From the IMG/VR virus record IMGVR_UViG_2923350032_000005, positions 1-40,702 of that record: a stretch of 40,702 nucleotides of DNA; one strand, given 5' to 3'. A model generated the notes under the pieces. That model was not told where the DNA came from, did not search any database, and was given only the letters and a program-made list of their open reading frames with translations. The stretch is from a virus (lineage: Duplodnaviria; Heunggongvirae; Uroviricota; Caudoviricetes). The position numbers were made by a program, and so were the translations under genes. This document shows positions 10,530 to 20,174 of this stretch, piece after piece. Positions within the stretch are counted from its first letter, which is position 1; each line of letters starts with the position of its first letter.

Positions 10530-12437
10530 TTATCGTGGAAAACGAAAAGGGGAATACCCCACATCGTGCGTGATTTTCATCAGGGGATCGGCTTTTCCCG
10601 GTACATCAATTATCTTCATACCTGGCGGAGCATTCTCGAACGTGACTTTCAGCTCGCTGTGCTGTGTCATGGAAGAAGATGGATTCAACAGCGGAACATT
10701 GGGTTTGTACTGACTCAGGCTGGCCTGATACTGCTCGTACTCTTTACGATCAAAAAAAGGCGTCCAGTCTGAAGCCAGAAACAGCCCTTTATTATCCAGC
10801 CAGTTAACCGTATCTTCAGGAACAACACTTTCCAGAGTATCTTTAACCGGCTCATATATCAGGGTTCCCAGAAAACCATATACCCCGGCCTTCCCGATAA
10901 AGCCGCGGCCTTTCCCCATCAATCCCGTTTCTGCCGATACCTTCCCCAGCGTACGCATCTCTCTGGTCACTGCGGTAATGGATTTGGTAACGTCAGCAAC
11001 CCATTTGGTTGCCATAAACAGGGCAATCGCTTTCAGAACAGTTTCCCATCCCCCCATCGCCTGCGCCGTTTCATCCACCACGTGCCAGACTTTTTTTATG
11101 ACAGGACCTACGGTTTCCCAGTTATCAATAATGAGGTAAGCGCCACCAACCAGAAGAGCAATCAGCCCCTTAGCAGGCGTCATATTCATCACACCGCCGA
11201 GAACTTTCATAATTCTGGACAAAGAGCCTGCAGCGGCTCCCACCGTCAGTAAGGCCAGACCGATTTTAGCAATGGTCTTAACGAGCTCCGGGTTTTCACG
11301 GACAAACGTTCTCACTTCCTCAAGGAGCGGTTTTACCGCTTCAAGACCATCATTAACCTCAGGAAGAAACGTTTCCCCCAGCGTGGAAGAAATGGCATCA
11401 AGTTGATTTTGCAGAAGTAAAAGCTGGTTTTCCGTCGTCGCTGCCCTCGAAGCATATTCCTTCTGCATCGAACTGCCATATTGCTGGGAATCCGCAACCC
11501 GCCTGAAGTTGGTACGCAACAAATCAAGGTTAGTCAGCAGAGGTGCTATCGCGCCCAGAGACTCTTTCCCGAACAGGGCATTCAGCACAGCTGCCTGTTT
11601 TTCTTTAGGCACTTTAGCCATCGCATCCAGTACAGACAGCATGGTGCCCCGGGCATCTTTCTGCATATCAGTAGCTAATTTCTTCGGATTGATCCGCAGA
11701 AAACGCAATGCCTGTTTCTGCGATTTTGTCGCGGAATTTCCCGCGGTCAGGGAAAGCATGAAGTTCTTGATCCCTGTGGCGGCAATTTCTGACTCCACGC
11801 CCATCCCGGCAATGGTTGCCCCCATCGCCGCGATTTCGCCGGAAGCCACACCAGCAACACCACCTAAAGGACCAATACGCGTAACAATATCGGAGATTTT
11901 CTTCGCATTCGCCGGGCCGGTATTACCAAGGTAGTTGATTTTGTCAGCCAGCCCAGCCACTTCATCCTGTGTCATATTAAACGCAGTACGCCACTGGGCC
12001 ATCATCTGCCCGGACTCTTCAGCCGTTGTATCAAAGGCCACGCCCATCTTCACCGCATCAGTGGCAAACTGCATCAGTTCATCACGTGCAATCCCGGCCT
12101 GACCGCCAGCCGCCACAATTTCCGCGATCCCGTCTGCAGACATGGGAAGCTCTGTAGACAAAGCGCGTACCTGCTCCGTCATGGCCTTAAATGCATCCGG
12201 CGTATCCAGACCGTCCACCACTTTGCGGACATCAGCCATCTTCGATTCAAGGGTGATGGCTGATTTTACAGGGAGTGCCAGTGCCCCCATTATTGCAGTA
12301 CCAGCCCCGGCAGCGCCCAGAGCAAGGCTGGAGACTTCTTTCTGAAATCCCTTAAGCTGACGCTGCATACCTTTAAGCGGGCCGGATAGCCTGTCAACGG
12401 CGGTGATGATGGCTTTCAGCTGAAAATTATCAGCCAT
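10530..12437 (-). CDS. Tail tape measure protein
   Basis: 635 aa, Ala/Gly/Met-rich with predicted helical repeats (…AGGQAGIARDELMQFATDAVKMGVAFD…); lies between tube/chaperone and baseplate genes. Confidence 0.85.
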   Translation of the reverse strand: MADNFQLKAIITAVDRLSGPLKGMQRQLKGFQKEVSSLALGAAGAGTAIMGALALPVKSAITLESKMADVRKVVDGLDTPDAFKAMTEQVRALSTELPMSADGIAEIVAAGGQAGIARDELMQFATDAVKMGVAFDTTAEESGQMMAQWRTAFNMTQDEVAGLADKINYLGNTGPANAKKISDIVTRIGPLGGVAGVASGEIAAMGATIAGMGVESEIAATGIKNFMLSLTAGNSATKSQKQALRFLRINPKKLATDMQKDARGTMLSVLDAMAKVPKEKQAAVLNALFGKESLGAIAPLLTNLDLLRTNFRRVADSQQYGSSMQKEYASRAATTENQLLLLQNQLDAISSTLGETFLPEVNDGLEAVKPLLEEVRTFVRENPELVKTIAKIGLALLTVGAAAGSLSRIMKVLGGVMNMTPAKGLIALLVGGAYLIIDNWETVGPVIKKVWHVVDETAQAMGGWETVLKAIALFMATKWVADVTKSITAVTREMRTLGKVSAETGLMGKGRGFIGKAGVYGFLGTLIYEPVKDTLESVVPEDTVNWLDNKGLFLASDWTPFFDRKEYEQYQASLSQYKPNVPLLNPSSSMTQHSELKVTFENAPPGMKIIDVPGKADPLMKITHDVGYSPFRFPR

Positions 12438-12521
12438 GCTTCATCTCCTCATTTATACGGACGGCCTCTGCCTCCAGATCAGCAAAGTGAGAAATAGCCG
12501 TCCGGCGAAGTTCAAGGGGGT

Positions 12522-12845
12522 TTAATTTCCAGAACCACGCGACATTGTAGAATCGCTTCCGGAGGTCTCTTCCGTCTCCAAGCCGGTAAAAAAACGCATT
12601 ACAATCATGCCTGCCTTGAAAATATCCAGCTTCGTCATCTGCGCTGCAGACGAGCGCGGGATCCCGGCCAGAAGCGGGATATATTTCAGCGCCACCTGAC
12701 TGTCCATTTTCATACCACCATCAGGCGAAACAGAGAAAGGGAACCCCAGCGCCTCAATCTCGTCATACGTAGGCTCACGTATTTCCAACACATGCAGTGT
12801 TTCTTTGTGGGCGATGATCGGTTTTTTAAGTACAAGCTCAATCAC
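12522..12845 (-). CDS. Tail assembly chaperone (between tube and tape measure)
   Basis: 107 aa, positional call; an 84-bp gap separates it from the tape measure gene. Confidence 0.45.
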   Translation of the reverse strand: MIELVLKKPIIAHKETLHVLEIREPTYDEIEALGFPFSVSPDGGMKMDSQVALKYIPLLAGIPRSSAAQMTKLDIFKAGMIVMRFFTGLETEETSGSDSTMSRGSGN

Positions 12846-13198
12846 TGGTAATCCCCTTCTTCACCGTGAAATTCAATATCGACCGTGCCTTCTTCGGCAT
12901 TATGGTTCGCTTCACCGTGCAGCCAGGCAGACGACAATACATAGACCTGACCGTTCGCCAGCTCGGCAGTGATGGTCATCTCATCAGACGAGGTGATTTT
13001 GCTCACCGGAAAATTCTTCGGTACCTTGAAAGTCCCTTTGACATAAGGCGCACGGTGAGTTTCCTTGCGGTCCACTGAACCGTCCAGGCCGATGATGTCA
13101 TCATTGACCGTCCTGTTCATGGGCACCTCAATGCCGCCGGTCAGCGATAGCTGTTGACCGTCAATTTTGAAATAACAGGTTCCCCCGATACGGGCCAT
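12842..13198 (-). CDS. Contractile tail tube protein (Mu M-like)
   Basis: 118 aa; immediately downstream of the sheath gene with a 4-bp overlap. Confidence 0.7.
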   Translation of the reverse strand: MARIGGTCYFKIDGQQLSLTGGIEVPMNRTVNDDIIGLDGSVDRKETHRAPYVKGTFKVPKNFPVSKITSSDEMTITAELANGQVYVLSSAWLHGEANHNAEEGTVDIEFHGEEGDYQ

Positions 13199-14694
13199 TA
13201 TGCAGACTCCTCTGAATACTGAAGACGGAACTGGTTAACCACGGCAAAGACACGCAACTGGTTAACATAGTCAGGCGGGAACAGCGTGTTCAGGCGGTTC
13301 GGATCGCTGGCATCACGCTCCACAACCAGGTACTGCTTAAACAGTTCGTAGTTTTCCACGATCCCCGCACGCTCAAGCTGACGGTAGGTTGTCAGCAGTT
13401 CCCCTTTGATCACCGCCGGTGTGACAATCGCCTGACCGGGACCAAAGCGGGTACCGTCGCTGGCAAGCTTGTGACGCCCGTACTTACTGGTAATGACGGA
13501 TTTCAGTTTGCGCAGCACATACGCGCTGGTATGCAGCGTCTCGCTGTCGAGGTAGCTGTTATCCGCAACACCGTAAGCATTTTTCCTGTACGTGGTGACA
13601 TCACGCTGAATGCGCAGCACCCCGCTTTCGACATACGCCGTTGCCACGCCATGCGACAGCAGGGTCTGTTGTTCGGTCATCGTGAACCGTTTCCCCTTCG
13701 GCGCAGGCAGCATACCCACCAGCTCACCGGTCTGCGTGGGACGTGCCGGATCGTTGCGAATAAACACTGCTGCGCGGGCGGTACGGCTTGCCGCCAGCTC
13801 GTCGGCAGGCGTCGGGGTCTCTTTTTCGTATCCCGCCAGGGTAATGTGCTGCTGGTTAAACTGGTCACCTGCGGTCACCAGTTCTGACAGCGTGCCGATC
13901 TTTGCCGTATACACATGACCATACAGCTGACGCGCATAGCTCCAGCGACCGCTGGTATCGTTCATCTCGGTCACCAGCGTGTTAACGGAGGCCGTGTCGT
14001 TGAACGGCAGGCCGATATAATCAAACGGCTCATCCGCCATTGCAGCCACCGCGCCGGTGAGAACAGGAGCGCCCGTTCCAGCGGTACCCGTCGCCACGGC
14101 AATCTGTACGCCCGCTGGCAGCACTTCGCCCCCACCAAAGCCGTAGTAATTGAGGCTGACAGGAATTTCATTCCCGCAAAGCCCCTTATGACGCGCGGTC
14201 AGTGTGATCACGCCTGCCGAAGATGAGGCAGTAAACGGCAGGGTCGGAACGGCATTGATGGCATCTTTGATACTGCTGGCAATCGTCGCGACGTTATCGC
14301 CGTTGGTCACCGGTGCCTGCACGCGGGTACGTCCCACATAAACATTCACCGTGCCGGTTTCGGTTGCCGCTCCGGTCACCGTCAGCGTAACTGTTGCCGC
14401 CGCGCCCGTGGATTCAGGAACGGCAATCACATACAGTTCACCAAACGGGTCGGTCTGGCGATAAGCCTCGACCATACGCGACAACTGACTTCCCGCACCA
14501 CAAATCTGGCGTGCATAGTCTGCCGATGGCATCAGCACCAGACTGTTGGCAACAATCTCTGCACCGTTATTGGCATGACCAATCAGCAGCGATGCTCCGC
14601 TGTCCTGTGCAGTATTCGCCGCCGAGTTATCCATTTCCGCATAAAAAATCGGAACCAGCGTATTCGACGGAATGGAGTTAAAGCTTATCGTCAT
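13198..14694 (-). CDS. Contractile tail sheath protein (Mu L-like)
   Basis: 498 aa; size and position match the Mu-type sheath; ATG at 14694 verified. Confidence 0.8.
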   Translation of the reverse strand: MTISFNSIPSNTLVPIFYAEMDNSAANTAQDSGASLLIGHANNGAEIVANSLVLMPSADYARQICGAGSQLSRMVEAYRQTDPFGELYVIAVPESTGAAATVTLTVTGAATETGTVNVYVGRTRVQAPVTNGDNVATIASSIKDAINAVPTLPFTASSSAGVITLTARHKGLCGNEIPVSLNYYGFGGGEVLPAGVQIAVATGTAGTGAPVLTGAVAAMADEPFDYIGLPFNDTASVNTLVTEMNDTSGRWSYARQLYGHVYTAKIGTLSELVTAGDQFNQQHITLAGYEKETPTPADELAASRTARAAVFIRNDPARPTQTGELVGMLPAPKGKRFTMTEQQTLLSHGVATAYVESGVLRIQRDVTTYRKNAYGVADNSYLDSETLHTSAYVLRKLKSVITSKYGRHKLASDGTRFGPGQAIVTPAVIKGELLTTYRQLERAGIVENYELFKQYLVVERDASDPNRLNTLFPPDYVNQLRVFAVVNQFRLQYSEESA

Positions 14695-14848
14695 CGGTAT
14701 TCACCTTTTCATTCACGCGCCGGATATCACCCGCTGCTTCACGGCGCAGCCAGTAGTTGTTCTCATCAACATTTCGCCCCTCGGCGGGCAAAAGGTCGCC
14801 GCGGGCAGGGTCAGGAACTGACCGCCCTTTAACAGGTTTCACAAACAT
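14685..14848 (-). CDS. Small hypothetical protein (54 aa) overlapping the sheath start
   Basis: My own translation of the gap 14695-14856: MFVKPVKGRSVPDPARGDLLPAEGRNVDENNYWLRREAAGDIRRVNEKVNTDDKL. Below the ORF-track size cut-off; no family recognised. Confidence 0.3.
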
Positions 14849-14856
14849 GAAGATTC

Positions 14857-15417
14857 TCAGGAAGGAAGGGTTATTTCGGTGTGATGTTCGATATCGCCGT
14901 CAGGCCCGTTACCGGGATCGAGATAATCAACATCAATCGCCAGCGTTCGCAGTTCATCCAGACTGTTCAGATCATCCTGCTGGCGGGTATCGTCTTCGGT
15001 CAGCTCGCTGATGACCGAAAAATCGAACTGATAAATCAGCTCATGACGATTCAGATCCAGCAGCGTGCCACCGTCATAGGTAATCGGATTACCGCACGCT
15101 TCCAGGTTCCAGCCCAGCAGGGCCTTAAAGAGCATTTGCCGGACATCGTCCACCACATCATACGAGGCAAACTGACCGCGCTCATCACGCCCGTTACTCA
15201 GTATGACAACCACGGAGAAGCCCTCTTTCAGCTCCTGCCAGTAGTCGGTCTGGCTTTTGTTTTCTCCCGGAGAATCATCACCCGGTACAACATATGCCGC
15301 CGGGAGTCTCAGCTTTCCGACCTCCGGCAGATTTTTGAACTGTGCCGCGCCTGCCACCCGGTTTTCAAAATACAGACAGCGGGCACGCAGCGCAGCAATA
15401 ACAGGAGTCAGTTTCAT
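14857..15417 (-). CDS. Tail completion / head-tail joining protein (Mu gp37-like region)
   Basis: 186 aa; positional call between head-closure genes and the sheath. Confidence 0.45.
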   Translation of the reverse strand: MKLTPVIAALRARCLYFENRVAGAAQFKNLPEVGKLRLPAAYVVPGDDSPGENKSQTDYWQELKEGFSVVVILSNGRDERGQFASYDVVDDVRQMLFKALLGWNLEACGNPITYDGGTLLDLNRHELIYQFDFSVISELTEDDTRQQDDLNSLDELRTLAIDVDYLDPGNGPDGDIEHHTEITLPS

Positions 15418-15965
15418 GTTTTTTTCCTTCTTACAGGACGTAATGACCGCTGTAACTCACGGGACAGTAACTTTTGTGTCCAGTAACGACGCTGGTCGAT
15501 GACATCAGCCATAAAGTTATTACGTGGTGCCAGCCGCCAGCGGGATGAATGCTGCTTTTTCTGGCGCTTATCCTTTTTGCTCATCCCGTATGCGGCATGA
15601 CGCACACCGTAATACAGAAACGCCGGATAATACGCAGAACCTTCAGGAAAACGCCGGTTACCCTGCCCGTTTTTCTGGTTAGGGGAAATCCTGACCATCA
15701 GGCCAGAACGACGGGAGCTTTTACGGGGGACGTAATAACCTATAGAACGCGCAAGTCGTCCGGTCTGATAGCCGGGGTTTTCACCTGGAGCAGACCGACC
15801 ACGTCGCATCACCAGCCGCCGGGCATCACGCATATAGACACGCCCGATTTGAACAAATGCCCTTCGGAGCCTGGCACGGTTAAACTCCATCTCCTCCGGT
15901 TGTTTGAAATCAACGTGTAAAAATGCTGTCTGATCCACTGCGTCCTCCCATTTGTTCTTCGGCAC
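15414..15965 (-). CDS. HK97 gp10-like head-tail joining protein
   Basis: 183 aa, basic; position after the head-tail adaptor in an HK97-type head module. Confidence 0.5.
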   Translation of the reverse strand: MPKNKWEDAVDQTAFLHVDFKQPEEMEFNRARLRRAFVQIGRVYMRDARRLVMRRGRSAPGENPGYQTGRLARSIGYYVPRKSSRRSGLMVRISPNQKNGQGNRRFPEGSAYYPAFLYYGVRHAAYGMSKKDKRQKKQHSSRWRLAPRNNFMADVIDQRRYWTQKLLSRELQRSLRPVRRKKT

Positions 15966-16320
15966 CCAGTTCCGTACACTCCAGCAGCAGAAAGCGCCGC
16001 GCCCCGTTCAGATCACGCTGACGTTTCACCCGGTACACACGGTCATCACAGACCACCTCATAATCAGCAGTGATCCCCCGGCGGTAGCGAATGGTGATGT
16101 AATGGGTGATGGCGTCCCCGGTCTGCGCGGTTTCCTGCCAGGTGGTGGCACTGGTCTGGATAACCTTCGCCCATGTCCGGAACGTAACCGGGTATTGAGG
16201 CTCCACGCCAAAGTTATCCGCGGGCATATCCACCCGCTGGCGGATCAGGACGCGTTTATTCAGTTCACCGGGGTCCGGCAGAATGTAGGTTGCGCTGGTC
16301 TGCGCCTGACGAATTTTCAT
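15910..16320 (-). CDS. Head-tail adaptor / head closure protein
   Basis: 136 aa; position after the gp6-like connector. Confidence 0.6.
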   Translation of the reverse strand: MKIRQAQTSATYILPDPGELNKRVLIRQRVDMPADNFGVEPQYPVTFRTWAKVIQTSATTWQETAQTGDAITHYITIRYRRGITADYEVVCDDRVYRVKRQRDLNGARRFLLLECTELGAEEQMGGRSGSDSIFTR

Positions 16321-16640
16321 TGCGGAAAGTACCTGTACGGGCCGACAAGCCAGCCAAAACTCTGCGGCATGTCGAGTTTCTCCACTTCCGTAACCGACGA
16401 GCGGTTTTCGTAAAAATGGCTGATAAGCATCAGCATCCCCAGACGAATATCATCCGGCAGGTGCAGCCCGTCCGGATCGCTGTCCGGAATGGTTTCATCC
16501 GGTGCATAGAGCTTCCGGTTCAGATACGTTTCTGTCCGCTTTTGTGCCGCACAGGCCAGCAGTTGCAGATGGCGGTCATCAGCATCGAAATCCTCATCCA
16601 GCCGGAGTTGGGCTTTAATCTCTTCCATTGTCAGAAGCAT
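16317..16640 (-). CDS. gp6-like head-tail connector protein
   Basis: 107 aa, MLLTMEEIKAQLRLDEDFDADDRHLQLL...; typical of gp6-like connector proteins downstream of an HK97-type capsid gene. Confidence 0.65.
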   Translation of the reverse strand: MLLTMEEIKAQLRLDEDFDADDRHLQLLACAAQKRTETYLNRKLYAPDETIPDSDPDGLHLPDDIRLGMLMLISHFYENRSSVTEVEKLDMPQSFGWLVGPYRYFPQ

Positions 16641-16642
16641 AC

Positions 16643-16843
16643 TCAGCCCTCTTTACTGGTCGTGGCTTTTTTCTCTTTTGTCGCTTTATTGCTTTTTGCA
16701 CTGGTTCCGCGCTCTGCTAACCCGGCCTGAAGTGCAATCTCCTGCACCCGGGCAGGAAGCGCCCCGTCGTCATACTCACCGGCCCGAATGACCTCAACAC
16801 GCATACCGTCCGGTGACCATTTCAGATCTTGTTTCAGGATCAT
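16643..16843 (-). CDS. Small hypothetical protein downstream of the major capsid gene
   Basis: 66 aa with a Lys/Thr-rich tail; a stem-loop precedes it. Confidence 0.4.
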   Translation of the reverse strand: MILKQDLKWSPDGMRVEVIRAGEYDDGALPARVQEIALQAGLAERGTSAKSNKATKEKKATTSKEG

Positions 16844-16862
16844 GATTCTTCACCCGTCAGAA

Positions 16863-16886
16863 CAGGGGCGCGGTTCCGCGCCCCTG
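16863..16886 (-). other. Perfect GC-rich hairpin between the major capsid gene stop and the next gene (no U-tract)
   Basis: CAGGGGCGCGG-TT-CCGCGCCCCTG, an 11-bp inverted repeat seen directly in the sequence just 3' of the capsid stop (16892). Confidence 0.4.
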
Positions 16887-16891
16887 AGTGA

Positions 16892-18097
16892 TTACGCCAC
16901 TGCAATCTTCAGCAGTTTGATGGCCTGCGAATCGACCAGCATGCCGCCGGTGCGTTTGGTGGTATAAAAACCGACAAACGGTTTATTGGTGTACGGGTCA
17001 CGCAGAATGCGGGTGCCGATACGGTCAACGATGGTGTAACCCCGTTTGAAGTTACCAAATGCAATGGCTTTCGCATCAGCGGCGATATCCGGCATCTGTT
17101 CGTTTTCAGCGATACCGTAACCCGCCAGAGAGGACGGCTGCCCCAGCTCCAGCCCCGGACGCCACAGATAGTTACCCTCGCTGTCTTTCAGCAGACGTAT
17201 GGCAAACAGGCTGTTGTTGTTCATCATGAACTTCGCGCCAGTGCGGTGTGCCTTACGCAGCGTGTAAATCAGTTTGATAATGGCGTCTGCGGTCACCGCG
17301 GTCGCTTCGCCGGATACAATATGCTGAAGTTTGCCGAACGCCCGGACCTTGTCGGTTTCATCCGTGGATTCATACGCCAGGAACCCTTTCGGCTTCTTGG
17401 TGCCATTGCCTGAGGTAAAGGCAATTTCTTCCTGTTCGGCAAATTCGGTTGCCAGCTCGCTGTTGATCCAGGCCTCCACGTTGAAGAAGGCATCGTCCAG
17501 CATTTTCTGGGTAGCCTGCGGGTTGCCGTAGATTTCCCCCATGAGAGGTTCAATCAGCTCCAGTCTGGAGGTGGCAGTCTGGGATCGCGTATCCGTTTCC
17601 CCCACCCATCCGGAAGCCGTGCCGCCCAGATTCACCAGTTTTTTGTAGTCGGAACCGCCAACGGTGATCACCGTGGCTTCCTGACGCATCACCACTTCAT
17701 CTTTCAGCAGGTTAAGAATGTTGCGATCCAGTTCTTCCGGCACGGCGTAGCCACCGTCTTCATCGGTACCCACCTGCAATGCCTTACGCTCCAGATCGCG
17801 CAGACCGTCTTCACGGCCTTTACGCAGGAAGCCCACAAACGCCTCTTTATGCTCGGTGGCCAGTTTATTTTGCGCTCCACCTGCCGGACGTTTCAGCTCA
17901 AGCAGCTCTTTTTCAAGGTCGCTTTTGAGATTTTCCAGCTCGCTGAGTTTCCCGTTCAGGGTTTCCACCTGCCCGGCAAGCTTGCCTTTTTCCTGCTCAA
18001 TCGCATCCACGCGCTTGTCGTTCTTTGCTTTGAAGTCGTCAAACTTCTGCTGCAGCTCCTGCGCGACCTGTTCGACATCTTTAATATCAACCGCCAT
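16892..18097 (-). CDS. Major capsid protein, HK97 family
   Basis: 401 aa; N-terminal coiled-coil delta-like region (…EQVAQELQQKFDDFKAKNDKRVDAIEQEKGKLAG…) then capsid domain; follows the prohead protease as in HK97. Confidence 0.9.
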   Translation of the reverse strand: MAVDIKDVEQVAQELQQKFDDFKAKNDKRVDAIEQEKGKLAGQVETLNGKLSELENLKSDLEKELLELKRPAGGAQNKLATEHKEAFVGFLRKGREDGLRDLERKALQVGTDEDGGYAVPEELDRNILNLLKDEVVMRQEATVITVGGSDYKKLVNLGGTASGWVGETDTRSQTATSRLELIEPLMGEIYGNPQATQKMLDDAFFNVEAWINSELATEFAEQEEIAFTSGNGTKKPKGFLAYESTDETDKVRAFGKLQHIVSGEATAVTADAIIKLIYTLRKAHRTGAKFMMNNNSLFAIRLLKDSEGNYLWRPGLELGQPSSLAGYGIAENEQMPDIAADAKAIAFGNFKRGYTIVDRIGTRILRDPYTNKPFVGFYTTKRTGGMLVDSQAIKLLKIAVA

Positions 18098-18111
18098 CGT
18101 ATTTCTCCTGA

Positions 18112-18798
18112 TTAGAAGTTCAGATTTTTCAGTGCATTCAGTGCAGAGCCCACATCCTCAGCGTCGCGCAGGGACAGTGCGCCATAGCCCCCGGCCATGA
18201 ATGCTTTGGCCTGGGTACGGGAGAGTCCGACATCACGCAGGACTCTTTCGATTTTTTTCTGTTCGGGGATTTCCCCGCGGGCCAGTGCGTTCTTGACGTC
18301 GCTGATCCGCGCCTCGTCGTTAGACGGGAACGTCACCAGGCTGACTTCCCAGAGGTCGATTTCTTTCAGCAGAAAGGCTTCTTTGCTCCGGTCGTATTCC
18401 CAGTCTTTCAGGACGTACCCAATAGAAAGGCCGGTTAACGAACCGGCCTTCATGTGTGCATGTGCGCGTTTTGCGAGGGGATCATCATCAATAAGCAACC
18501 GTCCCCTGACGTAAAGCCCGACATCGTCTTCCTTCATTTCGGTGTAAACACCGATGGGTTCATCCATGCGGTGCTGCCAGAGCAGCGCAGGTAACGCTTT
18601 TCTGTCACTCCACGCCCGCAGGGAAGCAGCAAATGCCCCGGACATCACCACATCATCGTGGCTGTCCTTTACACCAAAGACGGAGCCATACCCTTCAAAC
18701 TCACCGGAGTCACTGACAGATTTCAGACTCAGCGGTACATCAAGACGTTGTTTCGTCTGCATTGGCGTTATCCTTCTGCTTACCGGCTTTACTGCCAT
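18112..18798 (-). CDS. Prohead protease, HK97 family
   Basis: 228 aa between portal and capsid genes; probable true start a few codons inside the ORF-track start. Confidence 0.8.
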   Translation of the reverse strand: MAVKPVSRRITPMQTKQRLDVPLSLKSVSDSGEFEGYGSVFGVKDSHDDVVMSGAFAASLRAWSDRKALPALLWQHRMDEPIGVYTEMKEDDVGLYVRGRLLIDDDPLAKRAHAHMKAGSLTGLSIGYVLKDWEYDRSKEAFLLKEIDLWEVSLVTFPSNDEARISDVKNALARGEIPEQKKIERVLRDVGLSRTQAKAFMAGGYGALSLRDAEDVGSALNALKNLNF

Positions 18799-19981
18799 CG
18801 GAGGGTTTCGTGGTCATGTTCATCGGTGTGAGATAGACATCACCACCGGGACGCGGATTCATATCTTCCAGGTCGCGGCAGTCATTGGGAGAGTAAATTC
18901 CCCAGTTGATCCCGGTGGCGTAGGCTTCAAAACGGGACTTCATATCCCCGCGCAGTAACGCCCCGGCGTTAAATTTGGCGTAATAAACGCCCTGCTTACT
19001 TTTTCGTACCAGTCCGGTGTTGATCCGCTGTTCGATGCGGGTCAGATACGGCACCAGTGAATAGTTGATAAATCCCAGCCCCAGCTCTTCGATATTGTTG
19101 AAGGTGGCGCGATCGGTGTTCTGCACCATGTGCAACGGCACCCGGAACAGACGACAGATTTCTTCAAGCTGAAACTTGCGGGTTTCCAGGAACTGGCTGT
19201 CCTCGGCGTTCAGCGCCATCGACTTCCAGTCCAGCCCCATCTCAAGGATCATCGGGCGGTGAGCATTGCCAAGCCCGGTGTGACGCTCCTCAAAATCTTT
19301 CTTCAGGCGCTCATAAGCCTGATCCGACAGCGTCTGCTCTGTACGCAACACACCGGACGTCACCGCACCATTGCTGAACAGTCTGGCCCCGTGCTCTTCG
19401 GTCGCAGCTGCCAGCGATATTGCCTCGCGGGCATAGGCGATGGGATTCAGCCCCACCAGACCGTCCAGCGTCAGCGTGCGCACATGCCAGATATCTTCCT
19501 GGCTCAGTACATCCGTGGAGCCGTCCGGGAATGTGACCTGATAGACCGGCTCCCAGCTACTGTTAAGCTTCGGTACCACACAGCCGGGATCGACGGGCAG
19601 CAGTTCAGCCACTTCGCCAAATGCTTTCACTTTGTAGGCGTAAAAGTTTCCCCGCAGGCACAGACAGGTGACCACCAGCTCCCAGAACTCCTGCGGCGTC
19701 ATATAGCCATTGGGATGCGTGGAGATCAGCTTATGCAGACGCTCGCCGGTGGCTCTCTGTTTCAGGCTGCCGTTCAGGTGATACAGATTGCAGGGCAACA
19801 TCCCGACCGACTCTGCCAGCACCCTGACGCAGGAAAAAACCGCCGTCAGTCGCATGGCCCGCTGGCTGCTGATCTGCTTTCCGGTATAGGTGTCGTAGGA
19901 CAACCCGATAGCATCCGCCAGCTCTGCTGGCGTGGTCACCGGTGCGTCACTTTTTCGTTGAAATAATCCCGAAAAGAACAC
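18740..19981 (-). CDS. Portal protein, HK97 family
   Basis: 413 aa; directly downstream of the large terminase region. Confidence 0.85.
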   Translation of the reverse strand: MFFSGLFQRKSDAPVTTPAELADAIGLSYDTYTGKQISSQRAMRLTAVFSCVRVLAESVGMLPCNLYHLNGSLKQRATGERLHKLISTHPNGYMTPQEFWELVVTCLCLRGNFYAYKVKAFGEVAELLPVDPGCVVPKLNSSWEPVYQVTFPDGSTDVLSQEDIWHVRTLTLDGLVGLNPIAYAREAISLAAATEEHGARLFSNGAVTSGVLRTEQTLSDQAYERLKKDFEERHTGLGNAHRPMILEMGLDWKSMALNAEDSQFLETRKFQLEEICRLFRVPLHMVQNTDRATFNNIEELGLGFINYSLVPYLTRIEQRINTGLVRKSKQGVYYAKFNAGALLRGDMKSRFEAYATGINWGIYSPNDCRDLEDMNPRPGGDVYLTPMNMTTKPSDGSKAGKQKDNANADETTS

Positions 19982-20163
19982 TATTTACCTCCGCCGACAG
20001 ACGACTGTGTACGGTCGAGATATCGCGCCACCAGCCACGACCAGAACAGGCACAACGCCCCGGCAACAACAAACCCCGCCGGGGGATAAATCAGCCAGGC
20101 ACCATACGCCAGCAAAAGCGCCCCCAGCACGCCCACCAGAGGCGCGAGAATCAGCATGATCAT
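19981..20163 (-). CDS. Small predicted membrane protein between terminase and portal
   Basis: 60 aa, strongly hydrophobic ([45 protein letters not shown]...). Confidence 0.35.
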
Positions 20164-20174
20164 AATTACCTCAG

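Noticed and set aside
13471-14226. Several 60-140-aa ORFs on the plus strand (13471..13887, 13610..13918, 13915..14226 and others)
   Set aside because: All are antisense to the tail sheath gene, Arg/Cys-rich as expected of out-of-frame GC-rich sequence, and overlap each other.
14881-15502. 201-aa and 81-aa plus-strand ORFs
   Set aside because: Antisense to the head-tail joining genes, which fit a conserved co-directional late operon; no independent support.
19130-19966. 278-aa plus-strand ORF
   Set aside because: Antisense within the portal gene; Arg/Gln/His-rich low-complexity translation typical of a spurious frame.
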